From: Geosiphon pyriformis uo1
Lineage: Eukaryota > Fungi > Glomeromycota
DNA: 64,000 bases
Direction: 5' to 3'
Assembly (NCBI GenBank): GCA_016748015.1
Contig: JAAOMT010000096.1
Span: forward strand, 391,087-455,086
Under the pieces are notes generated by a model, which was given only the letters and a program-made list of their open reading frames with translations, was not told the DNA's origin and made no database searches. The position numbers and the translations under genes are program-made. Positions 26,968 to 38,401 of this stretch are shown one piece after another; positions within the stretch are counted from its first letter, which is position 1, and each line of letters opens with the position of its first letter.

Positions 26968-27544
26968 TATTGGTTGGGAAGCCAAATGTGTTGGTAGCTT
27001 CATTAGTGTGGGTCTCTGTGACTGTTTTGATAAGACCAAAACTTTTTGTGTTTGGCATCTTGATGGCAAGATCAATTTTGGCTACACCAGTAGTGCGTCA
27101 GTGACACTTTGGTCATATCTCATAAAAGCACTCCACCACTGCTTACCAGTGGCCAAAAGGAAAAGATTATACAATCCAAGATATCCAATTATTGTCTGCA
27201 TTTGGTGTGGGTTGGTAGAGAACTCTGATTACGTGTTTTCCTGTGCTTATAATACCAATGTTCAGGAAACTTTGTTGTCTGATGCTTCTATGGAATGGAA
27301 TGTGGTGCTGGAAATTTCTGCTAATGGAAATGCGATTGCTAATTCACTGCTTGAGGCTGGATCTTCCATTAATCTATTCACAGCACTGGCTAAAGATTTT
27401 GTGTTAAAAGACTGGGTGGCTGACACAATAAGCCATTTGGGTGCTGGTTTTGGTGAGAGTATGTTGGTTGTCAATTTTGTTTGTTATTTTGCTAAAAGTC
27501 ACAGGTTAACTATTTGGATACCAGTGGCTAAGTTAAGATCTTAT
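26968..27544 (+). mobile_element. 5'-truncated LINE copy L3, left part (ORF2 C-terminus)
   Basis: ORF 27008-27556 is homologous to the L4 C-terminus (LPVAKRKRLY, CIWC..E..D(H)VFSC); TSD AAACTTTATAC at 26957-26967. Confidence 0.9.
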
Positions 27545-28221
27545 TGTTATAGTTGAAACCCATAATTTTTATTAGTTATCACATGTATTAGCCACTGATA
27601 TCATATAATTAGCCACTCTATTTTTAGATAGTGATTATTGACCTGATCAATAACTTGACTATTGATCTGACTATTGACCTGACCGTTGATCTGGTCATTG
27701 ACCACTTTCAACAAATATATAAGTGATGAGTCTCTTAGCTGTAGAAAATCATCTTTCAGACAAGAATCAAATAAATAAAATAACAATTTCATCTCAATCA
27801 CTCTCTTATCGCTAATTTCCCTTTTCTTACTTTCAAGTATCCAAACATCTTAGGATAAAAAATTACTTGTTAGCCTTTTTCTGTTTGAATAATTGTAGTA
27901 TTTGAAGACTATTTGTATAAACATGACTGAAAAGCACAAGTTGATACCTGATATTGAATTTTAAGAGCACCAAAATAAAGGCATAGAATTAATATCAGCA
28001 GTAATCAATTGTTGACAGTACAGACTATCCCTCTATCTTTAGATTCCCCGGTTATCTTTGAAAAGAATAGCGACTGAGATATTTTATGAGACTGATCTTG
28101 TACATTGAATTCTTACTCATTCAATTTGCTTTTTAAAGTTGAATCTCCTTTGATTATTTCTATCACCCTACAATCCTGTTCTCCCTTGCTATCCATTAGC
28201 TTGTTACTCCAACCCGTAACA
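27545..28221 (+). repeat. 5' LTR of copy C (677 bp)
   Basis: Direct repeat of 35529-36229; TGTTAT...GTAACA. Confidence 0.97.
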
Positions 28222-28227
28222 TAAAAG

Positions 28228-28244
28228 TGGTGCTCTCTGTGAGG
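28228..28244 (+). promoter_or_regulatory. PBS of copy C (TGGTGCTCTCTGTGAGG)
   Basis: 6 nt after the LTR; complementary to a tRNA-like 3' end ...CCUCACAGAGAGCACCA. Confidence 0.88.
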
Positions 28245-28273
28245 TTGTCAAAATTTACTTATTCCTTTATTGT

Positions 28274-29833
28274 ATGGATAATTACTTATATCTGCCACAG
28301 CAATCAGAAAAACACTTTGCAGCACACAACAAAAACGACCTAGATTTCATTGAACTTAATCCTCTGTCCTTCTGCTTGATCTGCTTTCCCATTAAAGAAC
28401 AATCCAGCAGACAATTCCAAGACTTTTGGAACTGGTTCCTGAATGAGTATTTAGCTGAAATCTATACAGCCTACACAATCTATTACTTTGACCAAGCTTA
28501 CTTTAAAAACAACTTTGAAGAAAGAAACAACAATATCAATCAGCTCTTATACTCAGCAACCTTTAAACAACAACCTTCTAAATTCGAATATCTACATCAC
28601 CAAATTCACATCTGGATTGCTGCCTATCAATCAGCTGAAACCCCTTTTGAAACAAAAGAAGAAAGTTACCAAACTGCTCCTATTTTTGATTTCTTTCTAA
28701 GTGATTCAAATTATTCTATTCAAACAGTAATTTCTGAACCAATGGCCCAAGATCTAATGCAAGCAAACATCCTAACCACCCTCTAAGGCATACAAACTGC
28801 TTTGAGGCAAAGAAACAACACCTCATTACCATTATTCAGAGATGATACACAAGATTCAATTGAATGGTTAAATGATTTTGAAAAAGCAGCCACTGCCAAC
28901 TAATATGATGATGGGTACAAGTTCCAAATCATTGGTGACTACCTTCAAGGCTCTTCTGTCACATGGTTTTCACAAGAAACCAATACCAATGTCCAGCACA
29001 GAATTATCAGATGGACACCAGCAGATGCAGGAAAAAACAATACTTCTTTTACTATTCAGTTTGAAAACAAATTCAGAATCCCAATCTTAATATCTAAATG
29101 ATACATAGAACTGGAAAGAAGAACCCAAGGTTCTGGTGAAGTTGTGACCAAATATGCCAAAGCAATCAGAAAGTTAATCAAGCAAGTAGACTCTGGAAGA
29201 AACTGGACAGAAGAACAAAAGATTCATTCCTTTACAAAAGGATTGAGAACTGACTTATCTTATGCTTTTTGGCCTTTCTTGGCTCTGAAAAACAACCCTA
29301 CAATGGACATGGCTATTGAACTCGCCCAAAGGATTGAAGATAACCAAAGGATGCATCTGGAATCCACACTTCCAGTTTTTGCTCCTGCTCCTGCCATGGC
29401 CTCTGCTCCTCAAATGGCTGCTATTTCTTTTGCTGCCCAAACCCAAGACCCAAATGAACAATTAATAGATAGACTCACAGCTAACCTTGCCTAGTTATTA
29501 GAACTGTTGGCACAAGCAGTCAGAGATAACCAGCAATCACCAAGACCTAAATATGAACCTCATTTTAACCAGCCCCAACAACCTCCCTATCAAAGACAGC
29601 AAAATTGTGGCCCATCTGTGTGCTATCGTTGTGGATTAACTGGACATTATTCAAGAGATTATAACAATCCTCCACTGCCTTTTCCAGCTCCCAGAAACAA
29701 TAACAACCAAAACAACAGACCCAACAACAACAACAACAATGTCCCCAATTAAAGACCCAATCATGCCAACATCAATTTTTTTGGAGAGGATCCCCTAGTT
29801 GAAGCCACTGTTTATCAGTTTTTAAATTGGTAG
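28274..29833 (+). pseudogene. gag: gag of copy C
   Basis: Capsid-like segments (EWLNDFEKAA, FTKGLRTDL) and knuckle CYRCGLTGHYSRDY; frame ends at TAG 29831-29833. Confidence 0.88.
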
Positions 29834-32800
29834 GTGCACCTTCAAAGGGTGAGAGTACAAGCCAACCAGAAGAAAACCCCTTTTACACTTTTAACTTAAC
29901 TGATGATGACCATGACATGGATGAACTAGCAATCAACACCTCAGAACCAACCAGAAAAAAGAAGAAAGCCAAGGTTGATTTCGTTCTAGACCCCAACAAA
30001 GCCTCAACTTCTGCCGTTAATAACAATGAGCCACCAAAGGCAAAAGTTTTTAAGAATTCTTTAAAGTTGGAACCCCCAGAAATTGTACAAAAATTTGGAC
30101 CCTATTCCATTGTCAAAGATCTCATGGAAACCCCAACACATATTACCTTTGGCCAGTTAATGACCCACTCACAGTTCAAAAAGGATCTTCACAAATCCTT
30201 GATTCCAAAGAAAAAGACACCAAAAACCAACAAGCGCCCTTGCCAAGCTGAACTTGCTGACAACAGCAATGTCACCCCTCTGATTTGTAAAGCCCAAGTG
30301 GCTGGATACTTCATTAACTTAATTCTGGACAGTGGATCATTTGTTAGTGTCATTGCCAAACACTTCTTAGAAGCAATTGGTAGAAAGATTGATAAACCTT
30401 CCACCAGACCAATGACCAATGTACATGGTAACAAAAAAAAAGGACTGAGTATTGCCAAAGCTGTTCCTGTCTACATCAATGAAATCAGCATTGAAACTGA
30501 CATGGAAGTTTCTGAAGCCAAGAAATACACCATCATTGTTGGCAATAAATGGCTCAAGAAAGCAAAAGCTTTGCTTGATTATGAACTTTGTGAATTAACC
30601 ATCAGATGTGGTGAGAAACCCATTGTGGTTAAGTGTCACTATTGGACAACTCCTCCAATACCCAAACAAAACCAAGAAGAAGAACAATCAGATGAATCAG
30701 ATAATGAAGAGAGTGATAAAGAAAAAGAACAAGAAGAGCAAAAAAAACTGCTAAACTCACCTATACCACCTTCACCAACAATGGCAAACTACTGAACAAT
30801 GTCAAAGCAGACAAAGAAGGAATCATTGTAAATAGCAAGCTGATCTGTTGGTCTTATTATGATATTCTTAAAAGAACCTTTGAAAGAAAACCTGGCAAGA
30901 AAGCCAAATACAGTATTTGGTGGCATGATTCTTGTGCCTGGTGTTGGTGCAACAAACCCTTGTATTCTCCAAGCGATGAATGCAAATCATGTCTGATCTA
31001 TTACAGAGATTGGGAACCAATCAGTTTGATACCCAGAGAAGAATTGAAAGAAGTACAGAAGTCCTTTAAGAATAAACCACCTGAGATCCAATTACTGGTT
31101 GTGGAATAAAAAAAACTCTCCCCAGAAGAAAGAAAAATAGACATTGAAAATTTGCTGGCTAGAAATAGTCCAGTTATCTTCAAAGAAGGTAATACTCCTG
31201 AACATACCCATGTGATACAACACATCATCACCACCAGAGAAACTTGACCCATCCATTTGAAGCCTTATCAATCCAATCAGCACAATGATGAGTTTATCAA
31301 GAAAAAGATAAATCAGATAAAAGAACTTGGATTCATACAAGAAACCAAGAGTGAATGGGCTTTTTCAGTTGTAGTGGTATCCAAGAAAGGTGGAACACTA
31401 TGCTTCTGTGTTGACTACTGCCAATTAAATGCCATTACTGAAAGAGACATGTACTCACTTCCCAAGATTGATGCAATGTTAGATCAATTCAAAGATGCTG
31501 CTTTCTTTTCAACCATTGACTTAACTGCTGGATTCTGGCAAGTAGAGATGGATCCAGAAAGCAGAAAGAAAACTGTCTTCATCACCAAGTATGGCACCTA
31601 TGAATTTACAGTCATGCCTTTTGGTCTCACCAATGCCCCTCCCACCTTTTAATGCTTAATGAATAAAGTATTTGAATCAGTCAAGGAAAACTTTGTTCTA
31701 GTCTATTTGGACGACATAATAGTATACTCAAAAACCTGGGATGAACACCTGGAACATTTGCAAAAGGTTTTTGACCTCCTCAGAAATGCTGGCCTCAAGA
31801 TCAACCCAATCAAATCTTTCTTTGGAAGACAATCTACCCAGTTTCTTGGTCATTTTATCACAAAAAATGGAATCTTTCCTGACCCAGCCAAAGTTGAAAA
31901 AATCCAAAACATCAAACAACCAATAAACATTCATAAACTACGCTTTTTTCTTGGTTTGGCCTCTTATTATTGCAAATTTGTCAAGGATTTTTCCAAAATC
32001 GCCTCTTTTTTCAATCAGCTACTCAGGAAAAATGTCAATTACTATTGGAAAACACATCAGCAAAAAGCCTTTGAAACTTTAAAGGAAAAACTGGTTACAG
32101 AATCCATCCTCAAGCAATCTGATTTAGATCGACTCTTTATCTTTCACACTGATGCATTTGGCTTTGGACTTGGTGCTGTTCTCTTCTAGAAAGATGAAGA
32201 TGGCAAAGAACATGCCATAGCCTATGGCAGTAGAACTCTTTTCTCAGCAGAACAGAACTATTCAGTCACTGAACAAGAATGCTTAGCAGTAGTATGGTCC
32301 ACCAGTTACTGAACTAAGTATCTTCTTGGTGTAAAGTTTTTGGTGGTAACAAATCACCAAGCTTTGGTTTGGCTGTGCAACAAAAAAAGGCTAGAACACA
32401 AATGGATAACTTACTGAATACTCCACTTGGATGAATTCGACTATGATATTCAACATTGCAAAAGAACTACTCATCAAAACACTGACACTCTCTCCAGACT
32501 TACCATCCAGTAACAGAACAACCCTCTCAAACCAAACCAACTTAATTATTAGTAATTTCCTCTTTTTAACAAACACGATAATGGACTTGGACAACTACTC
32601 TGCCTTAATAGAATTTTTGGGTAAAGGACAATACCCACCAAAATACACATGACAACAAAGAAAACATTTGCGCAAACAATCAAATTTCTATTTGATTTGC
32701 CAGAATCAACTTTATAAAAAAAATAGAAAAGATTCTGACTGCCCCCAGAGAGTCATCAGATTTGAAGAAAGAGAAATTGTGATCTACAATATGCATACTG

Positions 32801-34861
32801 ATCCATTAGCTAGACACTTTGGAAAAACAAAAACAATTCAGAAAACTCTAGCTTGCTATTATTGGCCTACTTTGGGAAAAGACATTGTTGAATACATCAA
32901 AACCTGTGATATTTGCCAAAGAAGAGGAAAACCCAATCGCAAAGAAGATATCTATCCAATCTCTGTTAGTCAACTCTTTGACAGAATTGGTATAGATGTT
33001 GTTGGATCTTTAACAATAACTCCTGATGGCAACAGATACATTATCACAGCTACCGACTATCTTACAAAGTGAGTAGAAGCAAGAGCCACTCCAGACCAAA
33101 CAGCAGTTTCAATAGCCAATTTCATTTATGAAGATATCATTTGTCACCATGGCTGCCCCAAAAATTTTTTATTTGACAGAAGAAGAGCTTTTCTCAATAC
33201 ATTTGTTGAAGAACTTTGCAGAAAAATGGGAATATGTCACAAACTTTCCTCTTCTTATCACTCCCAAATAAATGGCTTAGTAGAATGTTTTAATAGAACA
33301 CTATGTGAAACCCTAGCCAAAACCAGCAAAAAAACAAACTTATGGGACAAAGTACTGCCTTCAGCTTTGTTTGCTTATAGAACTGTGAATCATGACATAA
33401 CAAGTTATGAACCCTTTTATCTACTCTATGGATGATGTTACTGGAAGTTTTTGGTCTTTTCTTAGCTCTTGTATGTTTGTTGTAATGCTGTTAATTCATG
33501 ACTATGGGAAGTGTTCGAACCTCCGATAACTGAATTTATCTTTAAATTATCTCCTATAATTTGAACTGCTGGGCTTATGAATGGAATGGCCAATTCTGTG
33601 CCAGTTGCTTCATGTAGTTATGTTGTAGTAAACATCAACTCTTTCTCAGGAATTGCTCGTCTGGAAGCTCACTAAAAATGTGTAGTTACTTTGTTGTGAA
33701 AGTCAATTCTTCTACAAAAATCTCGTCTGTAGACTACCCTAATGATTATAATAAGAAAAAAAAAGAAAGAAAATAAAAGAAATGTAAAAGAAATAGAATT
33801 CTGTCAAGGGAAACGTTTTCTATTCAGGCCTGGAGTCACTAACAGTTTACTGAAATTGGTAGCTAATCAATTTCAAAACATTAGTTGGGTTTTGGGGATT
33901 TTTCCAAGTGCAATAATTAAAGAATTTGGTTTTTCAAATTATTTGATATTTATTTCTTTTTGTGTATATAGAAATGGTTCTAAGTAATAAATTTTAAGTA
34001 AGATACATTTTCTCGAAGAGAGAAGCTCTTCTTTTATACAACTTGTCATAACACTATTCTATGAACTTGAATTTTGATTTTTTTTATAATTTCGCTAAAC
34101 TAAAGATACATTTTGGCGAACTATTAAATATTTCGGTGAACTATCAATTATTTCAGCAAATTTCTACAAATTTCGGCAAACTTTTTAAATGTTACATAGT
34201 TCGGGGTATTGCATGATTGATCATCACAATTAGGTAACATTTGTGTTATGTACAAATTGGTTATTAATTAAATGATAATTTTGGATATTTTGCTAATGTA
34301 ATAAGTGATAATTTGGGATGATAATATATGCTAATTAATGATAAGAATTATAAAAATAATTTCATGCTAAACAATATCTCTAATTTCATTTGGTAACAAC
34401 GAATGGCAACACTACCAATAAAAACTGACATTGAGACAATACCCTTTGAAGAAATAACAATAGGGAATTATAAAGACATTTTGCAAAGAAGACTTGGTAC
34501 TATTCTTGACTCATTGGTAGAAACACGTATAATTGCCTTTGAAAAGATAAAACAGTTCCAAGAGAAGCTTAAGAAAAAGAAAACATATAAAACACTTTCC
34601 TTAAGTGTTGGTGACTTAGTTTTAGAATACTGTTCAGACAGAGACAATATCTATGATGATAAATTCTCTAGCCAGTGGAAAGGACTCTTTATAGTCAACA
34701 AAGTTTTGAACAATAGTTCTTATATCTTACAAGATCAATATGGAACAATCTTCAATGATCGCCCTGTTCATGGCACGCAACTCAAGAAATATTACAAACA
34801 ACCTGATTGGTTACTAGTTGTGGTAATACTGACCCAAATGATCAGCAAAAACCAAGTATAA
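29827..34861 (+). pseudogene. pol: pol of copy C (PR, RT, RNase H, IN), interrupted by a solo LTR
   Basis: LILDSGS; FCVDY, MPFGLTNAP, VYLDDII; HTDAFG..LGAVL; YYWP...CDICQ, IGIDVVG, NGLVECFN; resumes at 34399. Confidence 0.93.
33436..34398 (-). mobile_element. Solo LTR (family F) inserted in the integrase of copy C
   Basis: TGTTAC...GTAACA termini; TSD ATGA/ACGA (33432-33435 and 34399-34402); excision restores YGRMATLP. Orientation inferred from the PBS-bearing homologue at 38402-39417. Confidence 0.9.
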
Positions 34862-35469
34862 ATAAATGCAACATTCCCAAAACAGAAGTATCTTCAATTG
34901 ACATGAACAATTATTTTTTGGATCAAAACATTCAAAACACTTTCTATACTCTCCATGAGTATTGGATTAAAAACTATCCAAATGCTACCCTGACTATTGG
35001 AAAACAGACCACAATAACTGACAACAGTGGAACTCATACTGTTATCAGACCAAAAAAAACAACTACCAAAAGAGAAAGAATTGGTAGCAAAATGGATAAA
35101 TATCTGTTGGAAAGCATAACAGTAGCAATACTTGTACCTTCCATCACAATTGGAAAAATGATTAAAAAAATCTTGCCCATAAACAAAAACTTGTCATATG
35201 AAAGACAACTAAAGCTCTATGATTGCCTTGGTGAAATCATAGAAGAGATGAAGCTCATGAAGAAAACAACTTCAGAGATACAAGTGGAAATTTTGGGCAT
35301 TATACATTTAGATATCCCAAGAGTTTTGACCATTACAAGAAGAGCCAAAACTCTTATACAAAGATTTGGTCTCTTGGATACAAAGCTTATTTCACCTCAA
35401 GTACTATACACTCTATCCACAAAAAACTTCAACAAACTAGTTAGTTTTGAGTTAGACAAAACTCTTTAA
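34807..35469 (+). CDS. Extra 3' ORF (ORF3) of copy C, unknown helical protein
   Basis: Open 220-codon frame (first ATG at 34903) between integrase and PPT; no signal peptide or transmembrane segment evident. Confidence 0.65.
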   Translation: MVTSCGNTDPNDQQKPSINKCNIPKTEVSSIDMNNYFLDQNIQNTFYTLHEYWIKNYPNATLTIGKQTTITDNSGTHTVIRPKKTTTKRERIGSKMDKYLLESITVAILVPSITIGKMIKKILPINKNLSYERQLKLYDCLGEIIEEMKLMKKTTSEIQVEILGIIHLDIPRVLTITRRAKTLIQRFGLLDTKLISPQVLYTLSTKNFNKLVSFELDKTL

Positions 35470-35528
35470 TTAGAATACCCTATAAATAGCTTGATTTTGC
35501 CAGAGCTCAATCTCTTTGAAGAGGATGA

Positions 35529-36229
35529 TGTTACAGTTGAAACCCATAATTTTTATTAGTTATCACATGTATTAGCCACTGATGTCATATAATTAGCCAC
35601 TCTATTTTTAGATAGTGATCATTGACCTGATCAATGACCTGACCGTTGACCTGACTGTTGACCTGATCATTGACCTGATCATTGACCTAGTTGTTGACCT
35701 GGTCATTAACCATTTTCAACAAATATATAAGCAATGAATCTCTTAGCTGTAGAAAATCATCTCTCAGACAAGAATCAAATAAATAAAATAACAATTTCAT
35801 CTTAATCACTCTCTTATTACTAATTTTTTTTTCCTTACCTTCAAGTATTTGAACATTTTAGGATAAAAGATTACTTGTTGGCCTTTTTCTATTTGAATAA
35901 TTGTAGTATTTAAAGACTATTTGTATAAATGTAACTGAAGAGCACAAGTTGATACCTGATATTGAATTCTAAGAGTGCCAAAGTGAAGGCATAGAATTAA
36001 TACCAGCAGTGATTAATTGTTGACAATATGGACTATTCTTCTATCTTTAGATTCTCCGGTTATTCTTGAAAAAAATAGTGACTGAGATATTTTATGAGAC
36101 TGATCTTGCACATTGAATCCTTACTCATTTAATTTGCTCTTTGAAGTTGAATCCCCTTTGATTATTTCTATCACCCTACAATCTTGTTCTCCCTTGCTAT
36201 CCATTAGCTTGTTACTCCAACCCATAACA
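35529..36229 (+). repeat. 3' LTR of copy C (701 bp), preceded by PPT GAAGAGGATGA
   Basis: Direct repeat of 27545-28221. Confidence 0.97.
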
Positions 36230-36570
36230 TTATTATGAAAAACATAATCTTCTGCTGTGAGACAGCTCCTCCTTTTTTTCAGTGTCTGGTCTGTCTTCTT
36301 TGTGGTCTGCTAGGTCAATCTGAGATTTCGGTTTTAGGTTGGGTGTTCACATGTGCTTCAGGTTGCACCTATGCCTTACAAAATTGGACTTTGGTTTCTT
36401 GAGTGGTTTTTTTGTAGCAGGAATTATGGATGCGTAGTGCTGCTTTGGTTGGTCCGAGTGGCTAGTCATGTGTAGAAAAAGCATGAGCCACACTTAATTT
36501 AGATTTTGTGTATTCTATGTACTTAGGTAGTGGTTGGGCTACACTCATAAAATCTTAAATAAAAAAAAAA
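36230..36570 (+). mobile_element. LINE L3 right part: end of ORF2, 3' UTR and poly(A)
   Basis: Continues the frame from 27544; 3' UTR homologous to L2 and L4; A10 tail; TSD AAACTTTATAC at 36568-36578. Confidence 0.92.
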
Positions 36571-36578
36571 CTTTATAC

Positions 36579-38401
36579 ATATTTTGTAATATTAATTACA
36601 ATTTTTTATTATTAAATTCATAACAAAAACAGAAAATTGTGTAAAAATATTTTTTAAAACTAAAAATTAACTTTATAAAAATATTAAACTTATTATAAAC
36701 AAATAAATATAGTTTAAAAAACTTAAAAAAAATTTTTTTTGTTATTTTGATTAAACTAATTAACTATATGTTAATAAAAATACCATTTTATTTTTAAAAT
36801 TTAAGAATTATTAAGATTTTTATCTTTTTTTACAAAAAACAAAAACTAATTTTAACATTAAGCAAAAATTAAGCAAATTTAATAGTAAATCTAATATTAT
36901 TTTATTATAATATTTTTACAATTTATTGATAATATTAAACAAATTAATCTTCTTTCTATTTAGTAAATTTTTGATTATAACTAATAATTTATCATATTTA
37001 ATTTTTTTTATTATGTTATTAAAAACATAATTATTTACATATATTAAAAAATTAATTTGATACAACTAAAAAATAGAAATTATAACTAATATTTTCTATT
37101 TTCTTGTTTATTTTTCTATTATATTATCAATAATTTTTTTTGACTTTAAAATTATTTTATTATTAATACTAAATAATTTAAAATAATTTTACAAAAAAAA
37201 TACTTCAATATATATATTTTTTAGTTTTAAGCAGTGTTTGGATCTCACTCATAAAACATAATAATAAAAATATATATATTTTTGATTATATTATTTTTAT
37301 TATTAACAAAATTCTTTATATATTTTTTAATAATTATATTTATTATTATTAATTTAATTATATTAAATTTATAATATTTAAAAGATTAATAACTTTTTTT
37401 TTTAGCCAAAACTTGATTTATTTTAACAATATTTTTTTATTATCTAATATTAATAATATTTTAAATGTTTTAATATTATTTAAAAAAATCTAAGTAAATA
37501 AAAATCTATTAATATTGTATTTTTTGTTTTAATAATTCAAATTATTAGAAGCTTTAATCTAAAAACTTTAAAAAATATTTGTTTTTTAAACATTTAAATT
37601 TACTATATTATAATTTGAAAAAAGTTTTATTAGCTAAATATACATAATATTTTTAAAAATATCTTATATAATATTCAAATTTTTATTATTTTTTGTTTTA
37701 TTAAATATTTTAATTATATTCAAAACTTTTAATAAAATTGTATTCTTAAACCAAAATTATTTGTATTATTAATATTTTTAAATTTATATTTTTATTAATT
37801 TTTGTTAGTTTATTTGTACATAGTATTTAGATAAATCATAAAAAAATTATTCAAATTAATTAATATTGAAACAACTTTGTAATCTATATAAAAAGACTTA
37901 AAAATATTATAAAAATATTATTTTATAATCATATTTAATAAAAAATTACTAACAAAAATATATTCAACTATTTTTATGTCTTTAAAATTACATTATTATT
38001 AATGTATTAAATTAAAATACAATACTTTTATATAAAAAAATTACAATATATATTAAAAAAATTAGTATTAAAATTATGTAAAAAAAAATCATATTATCAA
38101 AATTAATTTAACAAATACTAACTGATAATAAAAAAATAAGAAATCAATAATTAATTTAATTATAATTAAATTATAATACAATCTAATTGAAAAGCTAAAT
38201 TAAATATAAAATTTTTTTGGCAAAACTAAAAAACACCAATAAAAATTCAAAGTTAATATATGTAATTTAATAATAACAAATTTTATTATGTTTTAAAATT
38301 CTTATACATTTTATTTAAACAATTTAATATTCTAAATTTATAAATTTTATTTAAAAATAATTATCAAAAAATATAATTAATTAATTTGCTTTTGATTATA
38401 T
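36579..38401. other. AT-rich relic, probably the 3' part of a decayed Gypsy element
   Basis: 38170-38401 is homologous to the less decayed 40400-40626. Confidence 0.45.

Larger units (their letters stand above)
27545..36229 (+). mobile_element. Full-length Ty3/Gypsy copy C (no dUTPase seen), inserted in LINE L3
   Basis: Two LTRs with TG..CA ends, TSD TTAT (27541-27544 and 36230-36233), PBS, PPT and gag-PR-RT-RH-IN-ORF3. Removing it restores the LINE frame KLRSYYEKHNLL. Confidence 0.97.

Noticed and set aside
27632-27703. Short repeat arrays (12, 9 and 40 bp) as CRISPR arrays
   Set aside because: They are head-to-tail units without unique spacers, lie inside LTRs, and no cas genes are present.
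33436-34398. The 963-bp insert as a MITE or DNA transposon
   Set aside because: It has TG..CA ends, a 4-bp TSD and homologues followed by a PBS, so a solo LTR fits better.
34807-35469. ORF3 as an envelope protein or chromodomain
   Set aside because: No hydrophobic leader, transmembrane helix or chromodomain aromatic pattern seen.
27545-36229. Classical CpA-type RIP as the explanation for the decay
   Set aside because: CpA/TpG remain abundant, and most LTR-pair differences fall at CpG and TpC/CpC. A formal normalised test is still needed.
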